64,000 nt of DNA, taken from Thecamonas trahens ATCC 50062. Its lineage: Eukaryota; Protista; Apusomonadida. The notes below the pieces were generated by a model that did not search any database, was not told the DNA's origin, and saw only the letters and a program-made list of their open reading frames with translations. Where the stretch lies: the NCBI RefSeq assembly GCF_000142905.1, contig NW_013657659.1:151487-215486 (forward strand). The letters are read 5' to 3'. A program made the translations under genes and the position numbers. Positions 54,301 to 64,000 of this stretch are shown here, one piece after another (the stretch's first letter is position 1; each line of letters starts with the position of its first letter).

Positions 54301-57300
54301 GCGCCGCTCGGGGCAAGGACAAAGAACGCTCCGCCGTCGCGCAGCGCCCGGTTGCCGCGGATACGCGAGTGACGCACCACCAGGCTCGAACCATCACCAA
54401 CCACCGCGGCAAACCACCCACCACCGCAGCAGTGTTGTTCATGGCGTCGACGTTGACAAGTTCGGCACTGGCGCCGTCGGCGACCAGCAGTGCGCCGCCA
54501 TAGCCCGGGAGAATCTGCGCGACTGCACTTGGCGAGACTTCCGACGATGCGCCACTCACCGCCAGATTGCGAAGAACAAGATGCGAGGAGGCACCAATGA
54601 CCGAGAGCGCAGTCGTTCCGCGCGGGTCGCCGGGCGCGGTCGTCCCAGCAACCAAGTTGATTCCGTCAAGCGTGACGGTGGCTCCACCGACGACCTGGAA
54701 AACGTGCCGCCGCGACCCGAGCCGGCCGAGCAGTCGAGGGTGACAGCGCCATCGGCCACAAGGTTGACCGAGCGCCGAAGTTGGAGCGCGGTTCCGACAC
54801 GGCATCCGGTGTAGGTACCGGCCGGGAGGGTGAGCGTCGGCGTGGCGCCACCACTACACGCCGGAAACGCCATGTACGCCTTGACGATGCAGTGGATGGT
54901 GTAGCCACAGCTAACAACGTCAACGGACGCGACCCGTGATGCATTCCAGGTCCGAGCGCCGGCATTGAGCGCCGTCGCAAGCTGGCCATGGACAGTGATG
55001 GTCCCGCCACGGAATGCAGAAACCTGGTTGACCGCCACCCTGTCGTGCGTGACCACGTCGAGCAGGCCATCACCGGTCAGGTCGGTGGCAACAATGGCGG
55101 CCGTACCTGAAGAGTACGACCCCGAAATCGGTTCGACAAGTGCCGCTATGGCAAATCTCCGCTGGGTAGGGCCCGGGGCTGGGCGGTTGAGGAGCAGGTT
55201 GATGTACGTCTTGAGGCCGGAGGCGCGGACGATGATGTCGGCAAAGCCGTCATTGTCGACGTCACCGACAGTCAGTGGCAGTGCGGTCGCTGGCGAAGCC
55301 GCACTCTTGGAGGTCGTCACCACCAGCGGCCGCAAGACGTCGGCGAGGACAGCGCCCGAAGTGCCAAATGCCACTTCGACCTGACTGGGACCAGCAGCGA
55401 CCACATCGGGCACGTTGTCGTTGTCAACGTCGGCAATGACAAACGAGGCGACGTCAAATGTAAACCCGCTCGGCTTAAAGGCGACAAGAGACGCCTCAGT
55501 GACTCCCGGGAACCGGCCGGTCCCGTCGATGTTGCGGGCCACATAAAGGTGCTTCCCCTGCGCAACCACTATATCTGCTGTGGCGTCACCGTCGATGTCA
55601 GCGGCCTGGATCCAGGCCACGTTTGTAGCCGAGCGGTCGATGAGGGTGACGGTGGCAACATCAGGCTCAAAATGGACCACCGTGACGTTCACAATGGTGT
55701 CGCGCGCAGCGACGACAAGCCATGCTGACGTCGCACCAGGTGCCACACCACCGGTCTCGACCCAGAGCGGGGTCGACGTAGCGGTACGCAGATGCGCGGC
55801 GGTGGTAGCCACCGGTGACGCCGGATCCACTGATGAGAACTGGCCGGTACCGTCGTTGACCGCAAAGTAAGGATAGCTGCCCGCGAGAGCACGAGATCCA
55901 TATCGCCGTCGGCGTCAAAGTCAAGAGCAGCGGCATCGATGTAGCCGGCATTGACATCCAGCGACGAGAGCACCAGATACGGATCGTTGAAGCCGCCCTG
56001 GCCATCACGGGCGAGCGAGAGCCACGCACCACCGTAAATGTCGGGCAGCGCGTCGCCATTAAAGTCCTCGACCACAAGAGCATCAGACCGGGCGAACACG
56101 TTCTGGTGACCGAGCTCTCTGCGATCGGCCATGAGTGGACGAGTGCTGACGACAAAGGCGGATGGCGATGATTGGCAGGGCTGCGAGACAACGAGCTCGT
56201 CGATGCCGTCCTTGTTGATGTCGGCCACGGCAAGGGCACGGGCGGGCGTGTTTGGACAGCCCGAGTCAAAACGACTGCGCAGCTCACCATGGAGGGCAAA
56301 CGCAGGCGCAGCTGTCGATGCCGAGGTGCGGCGGAAGAACGAGCCCTCGCTGAGCTCACTGCTGCCGACACCGAAAATGTCCTTCACCCCATCGCCGTCA
56401 AAGTCGATAGCGACGGCGATGCCGGGCATAGACACGCCACCGGTGTCGATCGTGAGCGGCTGCGGCGAGTCCCAAGAGCTCGGGCCGAGCTCGCGGATGA
56501 GCGTCGGCGGGACTGACAACTGAGTAAAAATGATAAAGTCATGGACCAAGCCATCACCGTCCATGTCGTCCATAAGAAGTGACCGGGCAAGGCCACCACT
56601 GCCAGGGATGACGTTACCGCGGGCAAACATGTCGTCGCCGGGCAAGCCGAGCGCGATCTCGAGCTGACCATCGGCGAGGAGAATGGCCAGGTCAAGGACG
56701 GTGTCACCGTCAAAGTCAGAGAGCACTGCATCGGCGTGGGTGGTCGACCCACCGCCCGTGACCTCGAGCGAGGTCACAAAGGTGAACTTTTTGTCAAGCG
56801 GAGAGTAGCTGTACACCGCGCCGCCATTAGCATTGATAAACACAGCCTCAACGTCTCCGTCCCGGCTGATGTCGTCCACAAACGCCGTCACGCACGGGTT
56901 GGAGTTGGCACTCAGCGGCGCGGTGTTGGTCTTGCTGTTAAAGTCGCTCGCTTCCGCTACCGAGATCACCGACCAGGAGAGGCCATTGCCGTCTGCGTTG
57001 GAGTACAGGTACGGCTGGCGGCGCTCGCTAATCGGCGACGGAGGGACACCGGACGGGTACGAGGCGACGATGACCAAGTCAAGAGTACCAGAGCCGTCAA
57101 CGTCGGCAACAACAGCACACTCGGCGCTCTCGTAGTCACCCGATGCATCGTAGCCGCTGGTGAACGAGGGCAAGCCATAGTCATCAAGCGAGGTGAGGCG
57201 GAGGTCAAAGCCAAACATGGTTCCCGCCACCACCACATCCTCGATCCCGTCACCATTAAAGTCTCCCGTGGCAATGCTGCGGGGGACGTAGCCCGACGGC

Positions 57301-57482
57301 GCAGGCTCCAGCTGCGGCGTGATCGAGGTTGACCGGGATTCGGTTGCCGCATTGCAAGGGTCGTCCGGAAAGGGGACGGCGTTGGCAGCCGGGGGGGCAT
57401 AGACAGCCACGAGTGCGAGTGCAAGAACGAGTGTAGGGACCACCATCCGTACATGGGCTTTCCTCCCTGTGTCGGTGACCAT
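51360..57482 (-). CDS. Giant surface protein 2 (FG-GAP repeats, beta-helix, Cys-rich repeats, ~7 TM), paralogue of 31200-38275; three frameshifts (~55881, ~54700, ~54412)
   Basis: Four consecutive ORFs join by single-base insertions. The TM region is alignable by eye with protein 1 (SLSM..FQ/LQ.LG..W..FN..N.D..LFA.EC; LYIP..R...FDCT.LPNG.F.LD.D.G..C; G.LYKLY; PYY.P.YN). It could be a pseudogene. Confidence 0.8.
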
Positions 57483-57885
57483 AGTCGCCCAAGGGGGAGG
57501 AGATGAGTATACTTATGTTCGCCTGGCTCTGGCAGATGCGGAGGGGGGGGGGGCGGAAGGACAAGGACGTGGCGCTGTCGCGGGCTGTCGCACGTGGGTC
57601 TCGCAAATGCAAAAAACAAATGTCGCCCATCCAGGGATGGTTTGGTGCTAGGGAAAAATATTGTTGACAAAAAAAGGAGGGGAGAACCGCGGGTGTGCCA
57701 GGGCGTGTTTTCGTCAAAGGAGGGGGGGGGGAAGGGGGGATATGATTGTTCGTTCATGCGCAGGCACCGTTTTCCCGCTCAACAGCTCAACTCAACAACA
57801 CCCTCGCTAGCTCTCATTGCCTCCAATACTACCTCTACTTCAGTCTACACACCTGTCTCACCTATCCTCCTCCCCCTCTGGGGTG

Positions 57886-59081
57886 ATGGCAAGCGAGCCG
57901 GAGACGGGCTTGGTCTCCATCAAGACAGTTCCGCTCCCTTCATCGGCGTCGGTCCGGCTTCTCCCGACCTCGACGCTCGCTGCCTGGGGCTCGGTCTATG
58001 CTCGCCAAGTTCGGGCGCCATGGGCCGGCGTTCTTGATCACGGCAACCTGCTGTTCTCGCCGACGACGGTGACGCATTTGACGGCTGGCGCGGTGTCGGG
58101 CGCGCTCGCACGGTGCGTCACTGCGCCCATCTCACTCTCCAAGACACGGTTCCAGATCACCCAGCAGTGCTCGGTGGCCGGCGCAACCGAGGCCTCGGCG
58201 CTCAAGGCCTCGCTCAAGGAGCTCGCTGCCGCCGAGGGCCTGCCTGGCCTGTGGAAGGGCAACACGACAGCGGTGGCACGGATGATCCGTTTATGGGCAT
58301 CCGATTCGGCGTGTTTGAGGAGATCAAGCTCGCACTGACCCTGCCAGACGAGTCGGGCGCTGTGGTCTCGACCGGCCTCGCCCCGCCGTCGCCGTTTGGC
58401 CCAGTTGAGAAGTTTGCCGCCGGCTCGATCGCTGGCCTCACTGCCGTCCTCTGCACCTACCCGCTCGACTTGATCAAGGTCTCGCAGATGGTGGCACCGC
58501 GCGGGCACCCGCTCGGCTCGTTCTCGTCAGCCATTGCGCTCCACGTGACTGCGGCCATGCACCCCAACCGCCCGCGGGCCGCGCTGACCCGGGCCACCAT
58601 CCGCGGCATGTTCCGTGGCCTACTCCCGACATGCATCGGCATTGTGCTCCACGACGGTGCAGCCTTTCTTGTGTTTGAGACAGCCAAGGAAGTATGGATT
58701 GCGTCCGAGCTGACTCGCGCTACCTCGGTAGCAGAGCTCGCCTTTGGCCAGCACTTTGTCTTTGGCGCCCTTGCCGGCATGGCTGCCCGCTCGATCTCGC
58801 TCCCGTTTGATGTTGTTCGCAAGCGACTCATGGCCCAGCCACTACTGGAGGCTATGGGCAAGCCCCAGCCGCTCCGCTTCGCCACCATGGCCGCCTGCAT
58901 CCGCGACACTGTTGCCCACGAGGGCTGGCGCGCATTGTGGCGCGGCCGGGTCTCCAACCGCATCTCGATGGTCCTCTCGTCGTCCATTACCTTTGCGGTA
59001 TACGAAAAGGCGAAAAGGGTGCTCGAGGCATGGGTGTATGTGGACGACGACTACGACGACCACGCAAGTCGCGACGGTTGA
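57886..59081 (+). CDS. Mitochondrial carrier (SLC25; resembles the SLC25A16/A42/A43 group); frameshift at ~58288
   Basis: Three carrier repeats: AGAVSGALARCVTAP, EGLPGLWKGN...RMIPFMGIRFGVFE (after adding one C), YPLDLIK, PFDVVRKRLM, EGWRALWRG. Confidence 0.88.
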
Positions 59082-59092
59082 TGCGATACACA

Positions 59093-60466
59093 CTACGATG
59101 CGCCCAGCGCGCTATCGTCTGTGGCTTCTCCGCTCCCTCCGCCCCCACTCCCGCTCACTGTCGCATACGGACATCTTGGGTCGGTACAGAGGGTGAGCGG
59201 TGGAGGCGGCGGCGGAGTCGGCACTGGGCACGCATGGTTCATGCCGAACAGCGAGATGTTGAGGTGCTCGCGCATCTCGTCGAGCACGCCGCCCACAAAC
59301 TGGGCATACACCAGGAGCGTGACCACAAACACAGTGCGGAGCATGCCGAGCTCCGGCACCAGCGATGCCCGCCCGGACATGTACGCCGCGTACGAGTTGA
59401 AGCACGCAAACGGGAGCGGGAGCATCATCGAGTGGTAGACTGGGAACAGCTGGTCGGCCAGCCGCGCCACTAGCATCGACGACATCAACTTGGACATGAG
59501 CAGGCCCGAGAGCGAGATAAACAGCCGGGGATGGTTGGCAAGGAGGCCCGCCGGCGACCACGATGCCCACGTGATGGAGAAGCCGACAGCGGCGCCGGCA
59601 GGCACCAGGTGCGCAAGCGCAGTCTGCCACCGCCGCGCCCGGCGCGGTGCGCCGTCGGCCGCCAGCACCGCATACCACACCTGAAGGGAGGAGCACCACG
59701 TCGCCCATGCGCACCACACCAGGGCCACGGCGGCCACCAGGTGCTGGCGGCGGACCAGCGGGGCGAGGCCCGGCGCGGCCGACAGCAGTGTCGGCAGCGG
59801 CAGCGGCAGCGAGCCGCCAGCCAGCCCGAGCTCCGGCAGAAGAGGCAGCTCGAGCGGGGCCGTCCACCACGAGGTCCCGGTCACGGCTGTCCACACAAAG
59901 AAGGCCGCAGCCAGCGAGAGGCCCATGCTCGAGTTGACGTGACCCACCACCTCGCGCCCGGTGTTCTTCAGCTCCCACTGCGCCATAAAGAACTTGATGT
60001 AGATGCCAAAGTTAACTCCGAGCGCCAACCAGCTCCCACCGAGCTGGATGCACGCCGCAAACGAGAGGCCGACAACAATCATGGCCACCGAGTCGACCGA
60101 GTGATCCAGCAGCTCGCCAAGGGCCGACGCCGAGTGGGTTGCCCGCGCGTGCATCCCGTCCACCGCGTCGAGCGTCTGGTACACAACCACCGCCACCGCC
60201 GTCGCCACCAGGGCCCACGCCGGCGGCTCCAACCCGTCTTCGTTACGCAGCCGCGGGAGGAAGACTGCCAATGGGAGGTAGCCGCAGAGAATGGCAAGTC
60301 CACCAAGGAGCGTCAGCGCGTTCGGTGGGACGCTACCCGGCACCTGCCGCGCCACCCACCGCCACCACCTGCCCAGCACCCGACCGGCTCCGGACTGAGG
60401 CGAGACCACCTGCCCAGTATACCGCGAGACTGCTTCGAGGCCATGCGAGCTCAGCCGCCGTACCAT
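59093..60466 (-). CDS. Choline/ethanolamine phosphotransferase (CDP-alcohol phosphatidyltransferase)
   Basis: VPPNALTLLG; YQTLDAVDGMHARATHSASALGELLDHSVDS catalytic motif; FFMAQWE; multiple TM segments. Confidence 0.92.
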   Translation of the reverse strand: MVRRLSSHGLEAVSRYTGQVVSPQSGAGRVLGRWWRWVARQVPGSVPPNALTLLGGLAILCGYLPLAVFLPRLRNEDGLEPPAWALVATAVAVVVYQTLDAVDGMHARATHSASALGELLDHSVDSVAMIVVGLSFAACIQLGGSWLALGVNFGIYIKFFMAQWELKNTGREVVGHVNSSMGLSLAAAFFVWTAVTGTSWWTAPLELPLLPELGLAGGSLPLPLPTLLSAAPGLAPLVRRQHLVAAVALVWCAWATWCSSLQVWYAVLAADGAPRRARRWQTALAHLVPAGAAVGFSITWASWSPAGLLANHPRLFISLSGLLMSKLMSSMLVARLADQLFPVYHSMMLPLPFACFNSYAAYMSGRASLVPELGMLRTVFVVTLLVYAQFVGGVLDEMREHLNISLFGMNHACPVPTPPPPPPLTLCTDPRCPYATVSGSGGGGSGEATDDSALGAS

Positions 60467-60617
60467 TCCCTGTCACACGTCTGGAGGCTCGGGGGGGGGG
60501 GGGGGGGGGGGTGCTGCTGCTAGTCGGCGTCGAGTGATCCGGAGCGAAGGGTGCTGCCCCGCCCCTCCGGTCAGCCAGGGGGGTTACTATCGAGACGTAT
60601 TTTACGCAGCCTCTCGC

Positions 60618-63600
60618 TCACAGCTCCTTGTTCCCCCCCACACTCACATCGCTGCCGGTCATGTCGCGTGCCCACCACGCAAAGGCCAGAAAGGCCATGA
60701 CTAGAAGCGCGAGGCCGAGCTTGATGGCGATCGAAGTGCCAAACGACCAAGTGTGGGCGACCGGCGAGCTCGCCACGGTGGCCGGCAGCTCGCCAGCGAG
60801 CTCCGAGGCCGGCACGAGTTCCGGGAGGGTGTCGATCGACGAGGTGGTGACACGGACGTGGAGCTTGCCACCGTGTGCTCCAGCGAGCTCGAGCCACATG
60901 TCGTAGGTCAGGCCCGGGGTGACGCACGACGAGATAGGCAGCGAGGCCGTGCCGAGCGTCGCGCCCTGGTAGTACATCTCCCAGTTGCAAACCGAGAGCC
61001 GCAGCACGTCGTACTCGGAGCAGCGGAAGCGGAATGCCTCGCGCCACTGCGGACCATCACTGCCGCGGACTTCGACCGTCGAAGTCGTCTGCGACTTGGG
61101 CCCAAGGTTGAGGACAACATACGGGTGGAGGTGCCCGCTCGACGGCGAAAGACCTGATGCCTCGAGAACCTGCACGTACACCGTCCGGTTGCGGGTGAGG
61201 CGGACCGACGCCGCAGACTGCTGCGGGGCACCGACACGGATCTTGAGGTGGACTTCGCCCGAAGACACGCCCTGCAAGTAGTGCCACGAGTCGTGGACCT
61301 TGAACTCTTCCAGTTCGCCGAGGTCGATACTCGCCTCGCCGAGCGGTATGTCCGGCCCGGACGAGTTCCAGTCGAGGATCTGGAGCTTGAGCGGCGCTCC
61401 GAGCGAGAGGCACTTGAGATGGAGATCCTCGTGCCAGACCGGCGCAGAGGTGTTGCGCCGGACAAGGGTTCGCACCGCCACAGCCTCAGGATCGCCGCTC
61501 GTGCCAAGGCTGAGCACACAGTACGGATCGGCCGAGCCCGCAGCACGCCGTGCCTCCAGCGCGCGCGCCTCCACCACCTGCACGCTCACCAGCCGCTCCG
61601 ACGGCTCGGTAGAGTTGGGCGCGAGCTCCAGCCCGTCGGCCTCGTCCTCTTCGCCGGGTAGCATTGACCGGAGCTGGGCCAACTCACCGAGCTCGCCGGC
61701 GAGAAACTCGTAGAAGACCTCGACGTAGATCTCGCCCGAGGCCACGCCCTCGAGTGCCAGCCACATCCGCAGCGGCCGCTTAACCGGAATCGTTCGCACC
61801 GCCACGCTCGCCGAGCCCATCGCTTGGTCCGCCGAGAGCCGTTCCCAGTCAAAGACCGAGAACGTCACCGCGTCCGAGTCCTCGACATCCGTAAACTCAA
61901 AGGTCTCTCCCCACGACGGCGAGAGGGAGTTCATCTGCATCGACGTCAGCTGCAGCAACGTTCCGCACTGCACAATGACATACGGGTCCGAGCCGCCGCC
62001 GCGGTTGAGCGAGACCAGATCGCGCGCCTCGAGCACCGTCACCGTCAGCCGCGATGAGACCTCAACGGCTGCCGCCGCTGTCTCCTCGCCCGCTGCGTGG
62101 TGGGTCGGCATCTCACGCCCGCTGCGGCCCTTGGCCGGCGACGCCGCATCCCGCACCGCCGCCTTGGCCTCCATCAGCGTCTCCAGCCGCGCCGCCTCGT
62201 CCACAATGTTGTTCTTGGTGATCCGGAGATGGACCTTGCCGCGCGGCGCGCCCTTGAGCGCCACCCAAAGGTCCTCCTGGGTGCCCTCCTCCAGCGGCGC
62301 GACAGCAATCTCGGCCGTGCCGAGCGCCTTGGACGCGGCACGGCGGTTCCAATCGTACACCGTGACATACATCCGCTCGTCCGGCTCGCCAGACGCAAAC
62401 AGCTGGACCTTTGCGTTCCACCGCGGTTCGGTGGTGTACTTGAGTGTCGGCGACTCCCACGACTTGGTTCCTAGCCGCACAATGACAAACGGGTCGGCAA
62501 GTCCGTTCGACTTTTTGCCCACCAGATCCGTCGCCTCCACCACCACCAGCGAGAGCTCGTACTTGGCCGCCGACGCCATGGCGCCCGAAAACGTGGCCAG
62601 CCGCGAGCCGACTGCAGGCCCGCCAACCGCCGCCGTCTCCGAGGTAAACTCGACCTTGATCTGCACTTCACCGAGCTCCTTGTCCTGCTTCCCACTCTCG
62701 TCATGGAGCGTGAGCCAGAACTTGAGCGGCCGCTCATGAGCCAAGTCCTTGAGTGAGACCTCGGCCGCGCCCATGAACTTGGCCGATCCCATCATGTTCC
62801 AGTCGAGAACCGTGAGATGGAGCGGTGCGACCCGAGTCACCCGCTCAAAGACAAACGTCTCGTTCCACGTCGGGTTCACCGTCTTCTTGATCTTTCGTGA
62901 GGTGTGCACGCTTGTGCCGAGCTGGAGCCGCACAAACGGATCGGCTGCCTTGGAGTGCTTGTCCATCACCTTGAGGTCCGCGCCTGACATGAGCGTCACC
63001 GTCACCGTGCCCACGTCGGAGAGCAGGTGCATGGCCGCCACCGTGCCGGCGTCGGTCACCCCAACCGCCATGCCGGTCGCCATGTCAGCAAAGACCGGCT
63101 TGCTCTCAAGCGTTAGCCCGAGCTGGATCTCACCCGACGCCACGTTCGCTAGCTTGTACCAGTTGACGCTCTCCGGCGCGTTGGCGGCCAGCGAACTGAG
63201 CTTGATCTCCAGCTCGCCAATGGGGTCATCCTTGGAGCCGCGGTCCCAGTCAAATACAGTGACTGCAAGCTTCTCGCGCCACCGCTTGCTGGATGCGTCG
63301 GTCGAGCCCGCAAACTCAAACGTCTCGCCCCACTTGGGCTCCAGCGTCTTCATCTTGGTCGCCGTCTTGACCAGCGACGACTCGCCGGCCTTGCGGAGTT
63401 TGAGCGTGACGTACGGATCCGACTTGCCGAAACGGTCGGCCTTGATTAGCTTGCGCGCTTGGATGACTCGGACCGTCAGCTTGTGCTCAAACGAAATCGG
63501 GACCTTGGTCGCCTGCAGCGCACCGCTCCGGCCGGCGTCTTCGCTTGTCTCGCCAGCATCGGACCCAAACCACGAGTCGCCGTCGTCTACCGCGGCGGCT

Positions 63601-64000
63601 GCATCGCTGTCACCACCCTCGGCCTCGTCGACCTCGTGAGCCTGCCGCGAGAGCATCACGCCACCGTCTGAGAGCCGCAGCACGTCCGGATGCCCGCTGC
63701 CAAGCGCCGCCGCGGCGGCAGAGTGCGGAGCTTGTGGCGCGAGCGTCGACCGCCGGTACGAGAGGCCGATGAGGAGCTCGCCCTGAGAGAACCCGTTGTC
63801 AGCGGACGGACCGCGGCTCTCGGACCCGCGGTCGTCGCCGCCGCTCTCAGCCTCCTTGCCCTTATCCTTGCGCTTCCGGCGAGCCTTGGCCTTTTTCTCG
63901 GCCGCCTTGGCCGCCTTGGCCGCCTTGGCCGCGCCCTTGTCGTCGGTAGCAAAAAACAGTGGGTACCAGGTCTTGTACTCTTCGTCGTCGGCCGACGGCT
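60618..64000 (-). CDS. Multi-C2-domain protein with a single C-terminal TM (5' end outside the window)
   Basis: The frame is open from 63998. It contains the tail of one C2 domain plus six complete C2 domains (e.g. ADRFGKSDPYV...VFDWDRGSKDDPIG) and a C-terminal TM LGLALLVMAFLAFAWW. Confidence 0.9.
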   Translation of the reverse strand, partial: PSADDEEYKTWYPLFFATDDKGAAKAAKAAKAAEKKAKARRKRKDKGKEAESGGDDRGSESRGPSADNGFSQGELLIGLSYRRSTLAPQAPHSAAAAALGSGHPDVLRLSDGGVMLSRQAHEVDEAEGGDSDAAAAVDDGDSWFGSDAGETSEDAGRSGALQATKVPISFEHKLTVRVIQARKLIKADRFGKSDPYVTLKLRKAGESSLVKTATKMKTLEPKWGETFEFAGSTDASSKRWREKLAVTVFDWDRGSKDDPIGELEIKLSSLAANAPESVNWYKLANVASGEIQLGLTLESKPVFADMATGMAVGVTDAGTVAAMHLLSDVGTVTVTLMSGADLKVMDKHSKAADPFVRLQLGTSVHTSRKIKKTVNPTWNETFVFERVTRVAPLHLTVLDWNMMGSAKFMGAAEVSLKDLAHERPLKFWLTLHDESGKQDKELGEVQIKVEFTSETAAVGGPAVGSRLATFSGAMASAAKYELSLVVVEATDLVGKKSNGLADPFVIVRLGTKSWESPTLKYTTEPRWNAKVQLFASGEPDERMYVTVYDWNRRAASKALGTAEIAVAPLEEGTQEDLWVALKGAPRGKVHLRITKNNIVDEAARLETLMEAKAAVRDAASPAKGRSGREMPTHHAAGEETAAAAVEVSSRLTVTVLEARDLVSLNRGGGSDPYVIVQCGTLLQLTSMQMNSLSPSWGETFEFTDVEDSDAVTFSVFDWERLSADQAMGSASVAVRTIPVKRPLRMWLALEGVASGEIYVEVFYEFLAGELGELAQLRSMLPGEEDEADGLELAPNSTEPSERLVSVQVVEARALEARRAAGSADPYCVLSLGTSGDPEAVAVRTLVRRNTSAPVWHEDLHLKCLSLGAPLKLQILDWNSSGPDIPLGEASIDLGELEEFKVHDSWHYLQGVSSGEVHLKIRVGAPQQSAASVRLTRNRTVYVQVLEASGLSPSSGHLHPYVVLNLGPKSQTTSTVEVRGSDGPQWREAFRFRCSEYDVLRLSVCNWEMYYQGATLGTASLPISSCVTPGLTYDMWLELAGAHGGKLHVRVTTSSIDTLPELVPASELAGELPATVASSPVAHTWSFGTSIAIKLGLALLVMAFLAFAWWARDMTGSDVSVGGNKEL

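Overview
GC-rich, gene-dense, intron-poor eukaryotic scaffold with two 100-N gaps. The gene content (NF1, p400/Domino-like remodeller, a ciliary NWE-motif protein, giant FG-GAP receptors) and the GTACG[CT] donors suggest a flagellated protist close to opisthokonts, possibly the apusomonad Thecamonas trahens; this is inference only. About 19 protein genes can be supported, in order: PI31 (partial, absent from the ORF track), p400/SRCAP, NF1, Zn-finger plus CRAL-TRIO/BCH protein, SLC26, RasGEF, golgin-84, FG-GAP/beta-helix/7TM giant 1, KDM4-like demethylase, SmD3, lipocalin, an orphan KSR-repeat protein, a coiled-coil protein, PPTC7-like PP2C, NWE protein, GOST-family 7TM protein, FG-GAP giant 2, SLC25 carrier, CEPT-like transferase and a partial multi-C2 tail-anchored protein. 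The main observations are: (i) an NF1 intron apparently at the same codon as human NF1 intron 1; (ii) a recent intron+exon tandem duplication in the RasGEF that creates a new symmetric exon; (iii) a 29-bp tandem duplication that frameshifts p400; (iv) six frameshifts that are each repaired by adding one base to a homopolymer (probably sequencing error); (v) two paralogous giant propeller/beta-helix/Cys-rich/7TM receptors; (vi) a possible decayed piggyBac. No tRNA, rRNA or CRISPR array was seen. Family calls come from motif recognition, not database searches.
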